Origin: Cyanophora paradoxa CCMP329
Taxonomy: Eukaryota; Plantae; Glaucophyta
Direction of reading: 5' to 3'
Length of the DNA stretch: 64,000 nt
Assembly (NCBI GenBank): GCA_004431415.1
Contig: QPMI01000039.1
Coordinates: 310,001-374,000 of the forward strand
Program-made: the position numbers and the translations under genes
Notes under the pieces: generated by a model
Told to the model about the DNA's origin: nothing
The model's database searches: none
Seen by the model: only the letters and a program-made list of their open reading frames with translations
Shown here: piece after piece, positions 21,125-31,960 of the stretch
Layout: each line of letters opens with the position of its first letter
Position numbering within the stretch: the stretch's first letter is position 1

Positions 21125-22423
21125 ATGCCCTCAGCACAGATTGGTTTAAGACCTACTCCAAAAATTGTAAAGAAAAGTTTAAAAGATGATCAAGGTTATA
21201 CACTACCTATAACCATTCCTGTCGAAGAGAAGAACACACGAATCTTAAAGAAGTCTGAGATGGTTAAAGAACTGATCCCGAAAGCATTACCTACTGAGAC
21301 TGTAACGAAAGAATCAAAGATCGCGAAGAAATTCTATGATCCGCGCACCGGTTATAAAGGTTTTGGTGCAATGAGAAAAGAACTTCCAGAGGAAAACTAC
21401 AAGAAGATGAAAGAATGGTATGATAAACAGGAAGTCGTTCAGATTAACGCGCCAACCCTTTCAAGAAAGAGAGACCCAATGATACCAATTAGGCAACCTC
21501 TCGATACCTACGTAATCGATCTTCTGTTTTTTCCGGCTTATAAGAAACAAAACGACGGTTACGATACATTTATGTCCGCGATGGAATCAACGCTTAGAAC
21601 GGGTTTTATCATTCCAATGAGAGATAAGAGCGCAATTACGGCTCTTTCAGCGTTTCAGCAACTACAACAAAGAGTTCCGCGACCAATTGTACGCGTTCAA
21701 AGCGATAGTGGAAGCGAATTTACAAATACAATGTTTACCTCATACCTTGCTAAAAAGTTCATCGATCATCAGATTAGCGATGTCGCAGATCATCGAAGCC
21801 AAGGTAGAATAGAAGCGTTTAACAAGCAGATCAAACGCCTTATTACGAACTATTGTATAGCAAACAACACCGCGCGATTCTTCGATGTATTGGGTGACAT
21901 AGAGTATAATTATAATCATACTGTCCATTCAGCGACTAAAAGAAAACCCGCAGAAACCACAGATGAGCATTATAGAGAAATTATAGGTTTAGAAGATGAA
22001 AAGTTTAAGAAGTCGATGGCTTACTTAGATGGTATCAAACAGGGTATGTTTGTGAGAGTGAGAATAGAAAAGAATCCGTTCGCTAAACAGGGTGTCAATT
22101 GGTCGCGAATCGTCTATACTGTTGAAGGTCGTGAAGGTTTCAAGTTCAGATTACGAAATCCAAATGGTGAAATTGTCGAAGGGAGGTTTGCTTTCCACGA
22201 ACTGTTACCGATTACAGGTGTTGAATACCACGAAGTACCAACAGTGGATGCACTCAAACAAGCAAAAGAAGAAGCACGGGTTGATTCGGCGATTCGTAAG
22301 GAAGGCATCGAAAAAGCGGATGATGTCCCAGAAGAACCGCTTTTACAAGCAAGATTAAAGAAAAAAAACAAAGTAACAAGAGAATTAAAAAAACTTACAA
22401 TAAATGGAACTGAAAAGCTCTAA
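21125..22423 (+). CDS. Retroviral-like (RVE, DDE) integrase
   Basis: YVIDLL, VQSDSGSEF, GRIEAFNKQIK and YNHTVHSATKRKP. No chromodomain is evident. Confidence 0.93.
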   Translation: MPSAQIGLRPTPKIVKKSLKDDQGYTLPITIPVEEKNTRILKKSEMVKELIPKALPTETVTKESKIAKKFYDPRTGYKGFGAMRKELPEENYKKMKEWYDKQEVVQINAPTLSRKRDPMIPIRQPLDTYVIDLLFFPAYKKQNDGYDTFMSAMESTLRTGFIIPMRDKSAITALSAFQQLQQRVPRPIVRVQSDSGSEFTNTMFTSYLAKKFIDHQISDVADHRSQGRIEAFNKQIKRLITNYCIANNTARFFDVLGDIEYNYNHTVHSATKRKPAETTDEHYREIIGLEDEKFKKSMAYLDGIKQGMFVRVRIEKNPFAKQGVNWSRIVYTVEGREGFKFRLRNPNGEIVEGRFAFHELLPITGVEYHEVPTVDALKQAKEEARVDSAIRKEGIEKADDVPEEPLLQARLKKKNKVTRELKKLTINGTEKL

Positions 22424-23979
22424 TTTCTAATAAATGAACCCGACACATCGACTCTCATAGTTGGAGCATTTATATATACTAATGGATAAATACGAATATA
22501 TTGAATTCTCAAAGAATAACGTATATTAAATACATCGTTAATTATAAGCGGGAAACCCGTAGCATATGATACATCCCCAGAGTTATTAGCATTATTTATA
22601 TTTTCACATACAAAGATTCTATTTACACCATCAGATTTGATGAAGGACCATGTTAAACCATCTTGCGATGTCGCAACATTGAAAGTTTTAATAAACGCAG
22701 TTGTTATACCTGAACCATAAGCAATTATAGAAGCGATTTCATATGTATATGGAAAAGCAATTTGCAAATATTCAGTTGGCGTTTCCCATACTCCGTTTAT
22801 GGCGGATGCGTTCGCTTCCCATCCTGTTAATGATGGGCGGGCTTTAAATGCCTCTTTTCCGAATTTCGCAGACGAAGCAGAAAACGCATTATCTGACAGA
22901 AGATACCAATTAGCGTCAATGGGAGGTATGTTATTAAGAGTGGAAGATATATACGATCTGACAGGGTTATTAATCTCATAATTTGTCACAAGTAAATCAC
23001 AGAGTCTATTTATCATAGCGTCATTTGCAGCAATATACGTTTCAGTGAATGCGAGCATTTCAGGTATCTTAGATGTATCATCAAGTGATCGAACTATATC
23101 ATTTGGAAGCGGAACAGAAAGACGGAAATATCTATTATATCCTTGGTCAAGATTTGGAGGTAGTAATTCTTCCATTTTATCAAGAGCGGATAGTTCGCTT
23201 GCAGCCATTAGCATATTAATTAATGGGCTTCCTTCTGTTGAAGCAATCCATGAAAGAATACCCCAGCTATTCACAGTCTCATAAGCATATCCGAAATATT
23301 CAGATTCTAAATTTGCATCAACCTCACCACAAGATATACTTATAACTATAATTTCATCATCTTCATTATAAATCTTTTTTGCATGACTATAACCGCATAC
23401 ACTTGGGTTATTGTTTCCTGAAATTGCGCCATCAATCAGAGAAGCAATTACGCCATTATTGAAATCTACAATGCTAACAGGTGAAAAGTATGTTGGAGCA
23501 GCAGATGTAGCACGCGCTACTATTTTATTCGGCAAAAAATTGTATTTGTTATCGTTTGTTATAAATATTGGTTTCATATATTGAGTATCAAAAGATGTAA
23601 TCACAATGTCTTTTAGAGAATCTCTTATGAGTGATTCACCAGTTACTGAATAAATCGCACTTTCCAGTGGTGTAGCATCGTATTTTGTATTGAAAAGGGC
23701 ATTTTCAATGATATTTCGCGGATTCGCAAAAATTAACGGTAACTGTGTAAGATAAATATTATGCAAATCGTTAGCTGTTAGTTTTGGTTCATTGGGCATC
23801 TCAGGATGTCTGATATTTAACCCAATCGCAATTATACCACCTGTGGATGTTCCGCTTACAAGATCGACAAGATTTATTATACGTCTTCGAGTTCTATTTT
23901 CAATTTCTGTTAGTAACCTTGTTATGATAATACCACGCGCACCTCCACCAGACAACGCTAAAACAATCTTCTGAGGCAT
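22420..23979 (-). CDS. Patatin-like phospholipase fused to a C-terminal discoidin (F5/8 type C) domain
   Basis: LSGGGARG, GTSTGG, ATSAAPTYF and LIDGA; C-terminal EYLQIAF...SQDGLTW...YIRIYP...MRVDVSG. Likely start 23979. Confidence 0.88.
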   Translation of the reverse strand: MPQKIVLALSGGGARGIIITRLLTEIENRTRRRIINLVDLVSGTSTGGIIAIGLNIRHPEMPNEPKLTANDLHNIYLTQLPLIFANPRNIIENALFNTKYDATPLESAIYSVTGESLIRDSLKDIVITSFDTQYMKPIFITNDNKYNFLPNKIVARATSAAPTYFSPVSIVDFNNGVIASLIDGAISGNNNPSVCGYSHAKKIYNEDDEIIVISISCGEVDANLESEYFGYAYETVNSWGILSWIASTEGSPLINMLMAASELSALDKMEELLPPNLDQGYNRYFRLSVPLPNDIVRSLDDTSKIPEMLAFTETYIAANDAMINRLCDLLVTNYEINNPVRSYISSTLNNIPPIDANWYLLSDNAFSASSAKFGKEAFKARPSLTGWEANASAINGVWETPTEYLQIAFPYTYEIASIIAYGSGITTAFIKTFNVATSQDGLTWSFIKSDGVNRIFVCENINNANNSGDVSYATGFPLIINDVFNIRYSLRIQYIRIYPLVYINAPTMRVDVSGSFIRN

Positions 23980-24028
23980 CTTTACTTTATCGGAATTTAA
24001 TAAATCTCTATATGTAGAGTAACCAGGG

Positions 24029-27000
24029 ATGAGTTTCAATTATCCAGCAAATTTACAAACAATATCAGGAAGTGGTGGTAAAACAAACCCTAAACATGTG
24101 AATTTCGATAATATCACCATCAAAGGATCGGCTTCTATCGATCAGAGCGCCGATAAACCCAGTAAGACGCATTCCAGAATTCATGCTTTATCACTGAATC
24201 AAACGGATCCCGATAAAGAAGATGTTAGCATTGCTTTCAGTTTGGGTAATGTTAAAAAAAACGCGGTTGCGGAAATCAAAGCGACAAGAAGACAACGGAA
24301 ACTTAAAACAAGTCAAACCCATCCCGATATTCCCACACGTTTCGATAGCGGGCGATTAGTTTTTAATGTACAAGATGAGAAAGGTAAACAAAATACAGGT
24401 CTCAGAATTTATAATGAAGGCAGCACACCAATTGTCGAGTCATCAGAAATCTTACAAATAGGTTCTTTTCCTAATGCAAATCAAGTATGTATCACAAATG
24501 ATGTTTACCCAAAAGACATAACTTATGATTTTGCGAAAAATGAACCTTTTGGATTCTTTACTCCGAAAGACGTTCATGAAAAAAAACCATCAATAACCAT
24601 AAATAGTAGTCCCACTCAACCAGTAGCGATTCATCTACATCCCGATCTTGTCGAAATGGATCGACATTTACTACCTTTGTTTTCAAACACAAAAGATCTT
24701 GGTATTAGAACCCGACAGTGGCGAAATATTCACGGTAGCAACGTGTATGCAAATGGCGAGAAACTTGTTAGTGAGAAAACGATAAGAGAAATATTTGAAC
24801 ATTACGGACCTGTTCCAGTTCCATTTCCGTTACCATGGGATCCACCAGATCTTACACCAAAAAAACAACCCGGAAGAGAATACACAGCTGATGAAACGGT
24901 TGCGTTTGGTCAACATTTAGTTAGTTGGGAAAAAGTTTATAATAAACCAGTTTTTAAAGATTACAAACCGCCCGCTGAGGAACTCTTAGCACCAGATATT
25001 AATGTAATCCCTCTCGAACATAAAGAATGTGAAGACGTGGAAGAATTGCCGGATGGATTTGATCCTAACCATATGTTATATGATCGTTACGAACCTTTCG
25101 ATGAACAACTTTTACCAGATGGATTAAATCCACCTAACATAGATTACGAACAACCACATATACCAGATGAAGAGTTATTACCAGACGGATTACAGCCGGG
25201 TTTTTTCGATTTTACCGTAGATTGGAGGGATATTATTAACAAACCCGAAACATTTCCACCAGATCCACACGAACACGAATGGGAAGACATTTTAAACAAA
25301 CCGGAAAGATTTCCGCCCACAGAGCATCGCCACGATTGGGAAGATCTCGATAACATACCGCCAGAGTTTCCACCAGAAGACCATAGGCATAATTGGGACG
25401 AAATCGATGAGCAACCTACTTTCGCATCGGCAGGAAATATATTAACAGATTTCCAACATGGCGTAAGTCTCTACCGAAACATAGAAATCGAAGAAAGATT
25501 ACAATTAAATGACCACTACCTTAATCGCATGGGAATAGAAGCAGGCACAGGAATGGAAGCCGAATTATACATTAGACCACCCAGAAGAGAAGGGATTTTA
25601 CCAATCAATGGTAATTTTGGACTGTATGAGACGAAACCCGGAATTTATTTAACAAACTACTACCCTGAGGATATCGAAATGACAGATGTATTACCTCCGA
25701 TACCATCAATTCCATTAGATCCAAATAGTTGCGATAACAAAGATGCCGCAATCCAAATTAATGTCACTGATGTTAGCGACTTTGACCAATCGAGACCCAA
25801 ATTAGTATTTAGTCGGCAGCGTCTTTTACCAAATACTTTTATAGGAGATCGCGATGATTACAAAAGATGTGAGATAGCATGGATAAAAACGAAATATAAC
25901 GGTGGCGTTGGTGAAGGTTTATTAGAAATCAATCAAAGAGCAAGCGCCAAAAACATACACAATGAAGATATTTCAAGAGTCGTAACAGAAGATTATTTAG
26001 AAGAACAGGGATACATCGATGAAGGAGAACTTACTAATATTCTTTCATTATTCGTGATAAAAAATGATACAAACCTTACAGTCACAAGTAACATTTATAC
26101 AAGTAACATATGGGCAAGTAACATATGGGCAAGTAACATATGGGCAAGTAACATATGGGCAAGTAACCTATGGGCAGATGATATTTACACAAGTAATCTT
26201 ACAGTGTATCGAAATATAACAATTGGAACACAAAATACTATACAAATACTTTATAGACCTTACTATGCTGTTACTACTGTCATTGATCCAGCCCCAATTA
26301 TTCCAAATTGTATATTTGCATGGAAAGCATCAGGTCAACATGGTCAGTTGATATATTATCAAGGTCAGATATATAACAGAGTTACTACACAGATACCATA
26401 TCTAACAAATTATTCGAATTGGGAAACTGTTTATTATTATTTGAATGCAACCCTAAACAATCAAATTTCGATTGGGAAAGAATTAAACATGGCTTATAGG
26501 AATAGTGTTTCAATAGATTGGTCATTAGGTCTTACATTATTCTTTATAGGTAGGATCAATACTACAAATCCTTCTTATATGTTGAGTATAAGGGATAGTT
26601 CTTATCAAAATTGGATTGGATATGGTTGTAAAAATCAAAAGTTTGGTGTTTCACTACAAATTCAAAACGATATAGAAAATGCAACTCCTCCATTATTCGA
26701 TGCATCATATATTTATAATTCGTGGAATTATTGGGATTTCACTGTTTCCTCAGAGCAAATTGTCGTAGGAATGGGTGGTATTGATATTGGAACATCATCG
26801 GGTGATTTTCTTCCACCTTCTAATTTTGCATCATTTGGTTCTTCTGTTGCTAATGGAGATCTTGCCGAAATTATCGTTTTCAATCGTGCGTTATCTATTG
26901 AAGAAAAGAACGCGGTTAGATATTATATACAATTATTGTATGGATTTCCAAATACGCAGCCCATATTGAATAATGAAGATCTTAAAATTAATTCGAGCAA

Positions 27001-29884
27001 TATATTTATTGAAAATCTCACAGTTACCAAAAATGCAACTCTACCACATCATCCAACATCGAATGTTGTTTTAGATTGGTTAGCAAAACAAAAACACACA
27101 AAAGCAGATATTACGGATTTCGCCCATACTCACACAAAAGATCAAATCACAGATTTCGCCCATACACACACCAAAGATCAAATAACAGATTTCGCACAAA
27201 CTCACACAAAAGATCAAATAACAGATTTCGCACATACTCACACAAAAGATCAAATAACAGATTTCGCCCATACTCATTTATGGGAGCATATCACAAATCC
27301 TCCGTTAACCTTCCCACCTGATTCACACACTCATGATTATTCAGAGATTACAAATAGCAACCACAGGCACCCATGGAGCGAAATAGACGAACAGCCAGTT
27401 TTTGCCCAATTGAATGCAATCGGAAACGTTTTTAATGGAGTCACACTTTTCCAATCAATTAATACACCTGAAAGGCTATTTTTGAATGATCATTATGTTA
27501 GTCTCAATGGTTCATTTACAGGTGAAACAGGCACACCGATGGTGGGAACTCTTGCAGTAAGATTACCCAGGGATCCAATCGTAAATGGAGTGTATAGTGG
27601 CGATTTCAATGTAGGAGTAAACGATACTTTCCCCAGTATCTATGTTACGAATTATCACCCAGGAGAAATAGGACAAGTAGCGGATTTTTCAGCAGCTATT
27701 CAAATTAACGTAACAGATCAAAGCGCATATGATGGAGCAAGACCTAAAATAGTATTCACAAGGGAGAAAGTTGTAAACTATCTTCCCGTTGCGGGACAAC
27801 CCACAGATGATCACGGTAAATGTGAGATGGCGTGGATAAAAACAACATCAGGTGGCGCCTTAGAAGTCAATCAGAGAATGGCGGCGAAAAACTTACACAA
27901 TACAACTCTTTCAGGTGTCGTTACAGATGATTACCTAACCAATAAAGGATATCTTACGACCGCGGATTTAAGCAGTTACACAACGGATGCAGAATTAACA
28001 ACGGCTCTTGCGAATTATTTACCTCTTACAGGTGGAACCGTCACCGGAACCGTTAACGCTACCACTTTACAAATTGGCGGAACCACAATACCGAAAGGTT
28101 ACGAATTCGACCAATTAGATACTGTTTCGACAGATAGAAGCGCTAATAATTGGACTGTAACATGGGGAGCGAGAACAGGGCAAACAGGGTGTTTTACTAC
28201 ACCAGTAAATGATGAAGATTGCAGCGGTTGTTGGATGCGTTGGACAATTCCAGAAGGTATGAAATCATTTTATATTCAGCATTTACCGTGGAGTAGTGGG
28301 AGATATTTTGATATCTACGGTCAAACTCTAAATGGGTTTCAGCATTTCTTAAAACGAGTTAATAATTATCAAGCAATAGCAACTACCGGAATTCAAGATG
28401 GAACACATCCGGCTATTCTCTTTATTTCAATAAATTGTGAGTTTTACAAATATATTTATGTTCAAGGTCGAAAAGGTCGCATTCATCTTACGGGGGTTTT
28501 CGGTTGGAGTAGACAAAGAGCAACGGATAATGAGGTTGGTATGATCTCTTGGGATAATATTTTTAGTAAACCATCATTTTATTCAGCCGCAGACCTTCCA
28601 CAAACAGCGACATGGACAACAAATACATGGTTAAAATCAACCGACACTGTTCCGCGAATTTGGTTTGGAAATGGTGATTGCACATATATTCGAGGTTATG
28701 GAAATGGTGATGGTGTTTCAATTGAATTCAGAGACTCAGCAGATGGAGCAATATTAAAGTCTTATAACAATGGTAACTTTTGGGTGAAAAACACTATTAC
28801 AGCACCCACTATTAATGCTACTACCAAACTCCAAATAAATGGTAATGATGTCCCAAAGTTTCACACATCGGATTCATCAAAAGGAGGAATTGAATTTAAT
28901 AGATGTTCTTATAACGATTGGACATGGGCGTGGAGTGCAGCATGGGATCCATATTATAATTATGGTTCATATGTTTATAATAATCAAACGGATGATCAAA
29001 CTTCAACCGCTTGGATAGACTTCGATATTCCAGAAGGATATCTCAAAGGAACAGCGTTTTTAACTTATCTACCTTGGACTAACTCACGAATTTTTGAAAT
29101 TTGGGGAGTGAATCGACAAGGGAATGAGGTTTTTATTACATCAGTGAATAGTTATCAACCATACAGCATAAATCCTGATAGTAACCACAGTGGTTTAAAT
29201 AATGTTCCTATACATCTTGGTAATCGATTTCTCACTATTCGGATTAGACCAAAGATAGGAAGAGTTCATATTATGGGTATAAGTTATATGAAAATTTGGG
29301 TAGGAAATAGTTATGGTGGTCACACCGGCTATATTCATTGGAATAATGTTTATAGTAAACCAAATATCTTAACAGGAACTGTGGGGACTTGGTTTAATTC
29401 CAGTGATGGATACCATCGTATCCATTTCGGTAATAATACTTCTACATATTTGAAAGGAAGGGGAGATTATCCAATTGTATTTCGAAATGAATTAGATTCT
29501 GATATTTGTTGGATCGATCATAACGGGCGGATGTGGATAAACAATTATTTAACACAAGGAAGTGACAGAAGATACAAAACAGATATTAAAAAGATAACCG
29601 GCGCTCTTTCAGCAATCGAAAAATTAGAAGGAGTGAGTTTTAAACGAATTGGGAGTGAAAAAGACGGAACAAAATTAGGTTTAATTGCGCAAGATGTAGA
29701 AAAGGTAATACCAGAAATTGTAAGTGTCACAAAAGAAGATGGTTACCTTTCTCTCGAATACACGGGTTTAATTCCAGTTCTCATAGAAGCCGTTAAAGAG
29801 TTATCTAAGAAATGCAAAGATTTAACACAAACATGTGAAAATCTCCAAAGTCAAATAGATCAAATTAAAAATGTCACAGTATAA
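24029..29884 (+). CDS. Large modular fibre/spike protein with a C-terminal peptidase S74 chaperone
   Basis: HxHxWxDI and HTHTKDQITDFA repeats, SNIWA repeats, LamG-like GDLAEIIVFNRALS, and SDRRYKTDI...GLIAQDVEKVIPEIV...YTGLIPVLIEAVKEL. Confidence 0.88.
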   Translation: MSFNYPANLQTISGSGGKTNPKHVNFDNITIKGSASIDQSADKPSKTHSRIHALSLNQTDPDKEDVSIAFSLGNVKKNAVAEIKATRRQRKLKTSQTHPDIPTRFDSGRLVFNVQDEKGKQNTGLRIYNEGSTPIVESSEILQIGSFPNANQVCITNDVYPKDITYDFAKNEPFGFFTPKDVHEKKPSITINSSPTQPVAIHLHPDLVEMDRHLLPLFSNTKDLGIRTRQWRNIHGSNVYANGEKLVSEKTIREIFEHYGPVPVPFPLPWDPPDLTPKKQPGREYTADETVAFGQHLVSWEKVYNKPVFKDYKPPAEELLAPDINVIPLEHKECEDVEELPDGFDPNHMLYDRYEPFDEQLLPDGLNPPNIDYEQPHIPDEELLPDGLQPGFFDFTVDWRDIINKPETFPPDPHEHEWEDILNKPERFPPTEHRHDWEDLDNIPPEFPPEDHRHNWDEIDEQPTFASAGNILTDFQHGVSLYRNIEIEERLQLNDHYLNRMGIEAGTGMEAELYIRPPRREGILPINGNFGLYETKPGIYLTNYYPEDIEMTDVLPPIPSIPLDPNSCDNKDAAIQINVTDVSDFDQSRPKLVFSRQRLLPNTFIGDRDDYKRCEIAWIKTKYNGGVGEGLLEINQRASAKNIHNEDISRVVTEDYLEEQGYIDEGELTNILSLFVIKNDTNLTVTSNIYTSNIWASNIWASNIWASNIWASNLWADDIYTSNLTVYRNITIGTQNTIQILYRPYYAVTTVIDPAPIIPNCIFAWKASGQHGQLIYYQGQIYNRVTTQIPYLTNYSNWETVYYYLNATLNNQISIGKELNMAYRNSVSIDWSLGLTLFFIGRINTTNPSYMLSIRDSSYQNWIGYGCKNQKFGVSLQIQNDIENATPPLFDASYIYNSWNYWDFTVSSEQIVVGMGGIDIGTSSGDFLPPSNFASFGSSVANGDLAEIIVFNRALSIEEKNAVRYYIQLLYGFPNTQPILNNEDLKINSSNIFIENLTVTKNATLPHHPTSNVVLDWLAKQKHTKADITDFAHTHTKDQITDFAHTHTKDQITDFAQTHTKDQITDFAHTHTKDQITDFAHTHLWEHITNPPLTFPPDSHTHDYSEITNSNHRHPWSEIDEQPVFAQLNAIGNVFNGVTLFQSINTPERLFLNDHYVSLNGSFTGETGTPMVGTLAVRLPRDPIVNGVYSGDFNVGVNDTFPSIYVTNYHPGEIGQVADFSAAIQINVTDQSAYDGARPKIVFTREKVVNYLPVAGQPTDDHGKCEMAWIKTTSGGALEVNQRMAAKNLHNTTLSGVVTDDYLTNKGYLTTADLSSYTTDAELTTALANYLPLTGGTVTGTVNATTLQIGGTTIPKGYEFDQLDTVSTDRSANNWTVTWGARTGQTGCFTTPVNDEDCSGCWMRWTIPEGMKSFYIQHLPWSSGRYFDIYGQTLNGFQHFLKRVNNYQAIATTGIQDGTHPAILFISINCEFYKYIYVQGRKGRIHLTGVFGWSRQRATDNEVGMISWDNIFSKPSFYSAADLPQTATWTTNTWLKSTDTVPRIWFGNGDCTYIRGYGNGDGVSIEFRDSADGAILKSYNNGNFWVKNTITAPTINATTKLQINGNDVPKFHTSDSSKGGIEFNRCSYNDWTWAWSAAWDPYYNYGSYVYNNQTDDQTSTAWIDFDIPEGYLKGTAFLTYLPWTNSRIFEIWGVNRQGNEVFITSVNSYQPYSINPDSNHSGLNNVPIHLGNRFLTIRIRPKIGRVHIMGISYMKIWVGNSYGGHTGYIHWNNVYSKPNILTGTVGTWFNSSDGYHRIHFGNNTSTYLKGRGDYPIVFRNELDSDICWIDHNGRMWINNYLTQGSDRRYKTDIKKITGALSAIEKLEGVSFKRIGSEKDGTKLGLIAQDVEKVIPEIVSVTKEDGYLSLEYTGLIPVLIEAVKELSKKCKDLTQTCENLQSQIDQIKNVTV
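26086..26200 (+). repeat. 15-bp coding tandem repeat (SNIWA)
   Basis: AAGTAACATATGGGC repeated, in frame in the fibre gene. Confidence 0.9.
27094..27280 (+). repeat. 36-bp coding tandem repeat x5 (HTKDQITDFAHT)
   Basis: CACACAAAAGATCAAATAACAGATTTCGC... repeated head to tail with no spacers. Confidence 0.9.
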
Positions 29885-29887
29885 TAA

Positions 29888-30196
29888 ATGGCGACCTATC
29901 CACTTGGTGGATCTCCTTCTACTACTTCTGAGCCTGTTGCTCTTGCATTCGATACTATCAAACTTGTAGCCGCACTACAAAATGTCGAAAAAACAATTCA
30001 GCAAACTAACAAACTGTCCCCAGTTGTTCATGAATATAAAAACCTCTTGGTTAATGTCCTTGCGCAATCGGCTTATGGTGATCCCGTAGCACGTTACGCC
30101 GAATGTGATTCTAACCTTAAAGCGATGACATCAAACCTCCAATGTCTAACAACCGCTTACCAATCTCTTGGATCTAATCTTATCACATTGGCTTAA
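29888..30196 (+). CDS. Viral hypothetical helical protein
   Basis: 102-aa ORF packed 3 bp after the fibre gene. Confidence 0.6.
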   Translation: MATYPLGGSPSTTSEPVALAFDTIKLVAALQNVEKTIQQTNKLSPVVHEYKNLLVNVLAQSAYGDPVARYAECDSNLKAMTSNLQCLTTAYQSLGSNLITLA

Positions 30197-30232
30197 TGGT
30201 TTATTTTTCTTTCCTTCTTAGTAAAAGAAGCA

Positions 30233-31075
30233 ATGGGCGAATATAATCGAGTCCAATTACCAGTTTACGCATTGGGTGCGCCCGCGGTTCACTTTCGACA
30301 ACACGAGGTTGCCGACGAAATTCGCGGTGTGGAATCGACGGAACGCGCTAACTCCGCGAATGCATTTGATAAAAACAGCATGATACGTGTTAAAGAACTA
30401 CGCGCCGACAAGAATTCGGGAGTGGTTAAAACGACTCAACTTCTTGTAACAAATGCGAATTTTAACGCGGGAATCGGGCAACCTGACGCATGGGGTGTGG
30501 ATATTAGAACGTTAGATTTTGACGGAGAACGTGCCGCCGCTGTTGTCCGATCGGGAGGCGCTGTTATTGGCGGTGGTTGTCGTGTGTCGGGTATGCTTGC
30601 ATCCTCCGTTGCTGTTACCGATATTCCCGATACTCTACCTGAACATGCGGACAATCCGCAACGTATCCGTATGTACACTCCATGTGGAGACTATCCTTAC
30701 GTGTTTGGAATGGTCAGAGTTGGGGTAGATAACGTAAATGCAACACAACCCGATGGAATTATGGGAAATTGGTTATTACCAAATATTGCTATTCCTAAAT
30801 CTATTGAGTCTATATGTCGTTCACAAAATGGTATTATCGGACCGGCTTATACTTTCTTTGTTCAGGGAATCGGACGCGGTAGAGGTTGGGTGGAATTCGA
30901 CAACCAGAACCCCGCTACGTTTAATGTTTGGACAACAGAAGTAGGAGGTTACGATATTCTCATTTTCGGAATGCGAACAGATCCAGCCGCTGTGGCGGCT
31001 ACACGTGGTCTCAATCCCGATAACAACCTAAATAACTTCTACGATGATCCGTTCCCAGGTGATCCCACACCATAA
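30233..31075 (+). CDS. Fibre/spike-like protein, paralogue A
   Basis: Shares ESTE.A, KELR.DKN.G.VKTT.LLVTNANFNA and RSGGA.IG.G.RV.G with the next ORF. Confidence 0.65.
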   Translation: MGEYNRVQLPVYALGAPAVHFRQHEVADEIRGVESTERANSANAFDKNSMIRVKELRADKNSGVVKTTQLLVTNANFNAGIGQPDAWGVDIRTLDFDGERAAAVVRSGGAVIGGGCRVSGMLASSVAVTDIPDTLPEHADNPQRIRMYTPCGDYPYVFGMVRVGVDNVNATQPDGIMGNWLLPNIAIPKSIESICRSQNGIIGPAYTFFVQGIGRGRGWVEFDNQNPATFNVWTTEVGGYDILIFGMRTDPAAVAATRGLNPDNNLNNFYDDPFPGDPTP

Positions 31076-31094
31076 TTATGTTTTAATATATTAA

Positions 31095-31940
31095 ATGGCG
31101 GCACCCGCTCCACCCGAGCGTATCTTAACAGCGCAACTTTCATTAGCCGCGCCGGCAAATCACGTATTACAACATGCTGTTATCGATAATGTCGATGGTC
31201 TCGAATCTACCGAACTTGCACCTACTCTTAATACTTTTGGTGATACGCATAAATTGCGACTGAAAGAGTTACGATGTGACAAAAATAACGGAATTGTGAA
31301 AACTACGAAACTTCTTGTTACAAATGCAAACTTTAACGCTTTTTATGGAGATCCCGATAGTTATAATGATGATAACAAGGTTACTAACTTTGCTTATGAA
31401 TCGAGAAACGGAGCAATTAAATGTAGATCGGGTGGCGCTTATATTGGGGACGGACTAAGGGTCGGTGGTATCATCGGAGCGCCTCTAATCGTAAATGACC
31501 AACCAAACCCCGATGATGAAAACACACGTATTAGGACGTATTGCCCAGGTATGAATGAACCTTACCTAATTAAGATTTATACAATCGTTATTAGTTTACA
31601 GACAGCGGTAGCCGATGTTTTAGAACCGTTAGGAAATCATTATAGATATAGAGACACGATACCAGAGGACATTTACGCATTATGTAGAAGAACCGACGGA
31701 GCAAGACCACGCCTAACGATACATATTATCCCCATAGATAATTTCGGTCAAGCGTTTCACTCAATACCTCTTTTAGATACACAAGATAACCAATTTATAA
31801 TAAGAGCTACACAACTTGGAAATTATCGAGTCATTATGTATGCCGAAAGAAACGACGCAATCGCAACAGCTAACCGATTCGGTCAATATCTTAATACCAA
31901 TCTATACAATCCCGTCGGCGGTAGCGATCCACAACCATAA
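31095..31940 (+). CDS. Fibre/spike-like protein, paralogue B
   Basis: Paralogue of 30233..31075 with a diverged C-terminal half ending ...YAERND. Confidence 0.65.
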   Translation: MAAPAPPERILTAQLSLAAPANHVLQHAVIDNVDGLESTELAPTLNTFGDTHKLRLKELRCDKNNGIVKTTKLLVTNANFNAFYGDPDSYNDDNKVTNFAYESRNGAIKCRSGGAYIGDGLRVGGIIGAPLIVNDQPNPDDENTRIRTYCPGMNEPYLIKIYTIVISLQTAVADVLEPLGNHYRYRDTIPEDIYALCRRTDGARPRLTIHIIPIDNFGQAFHSIPLLDTQDNQFIIRATQLGNYRVIMYAERNDAIATANRFGQYLNTNLYNPVGGSDPQP

Positions 31941-31960
31941 ATCTAAGGTATATATAGGGA

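Noticed and set aside
27094-27280. 36-bp repeats as a CRISPR-like array
   Set aside because: The repeats are contiguous, lack unique spacers and are in frame in the fibre gene; no cas genes are present.
24029-31940. Diversity-generating retroelement acting on the fibres
   Set aside because: No reverse transcriptase and no template/variable repeat pair differing at adenines. The duplicated modules are diverged at all base types.
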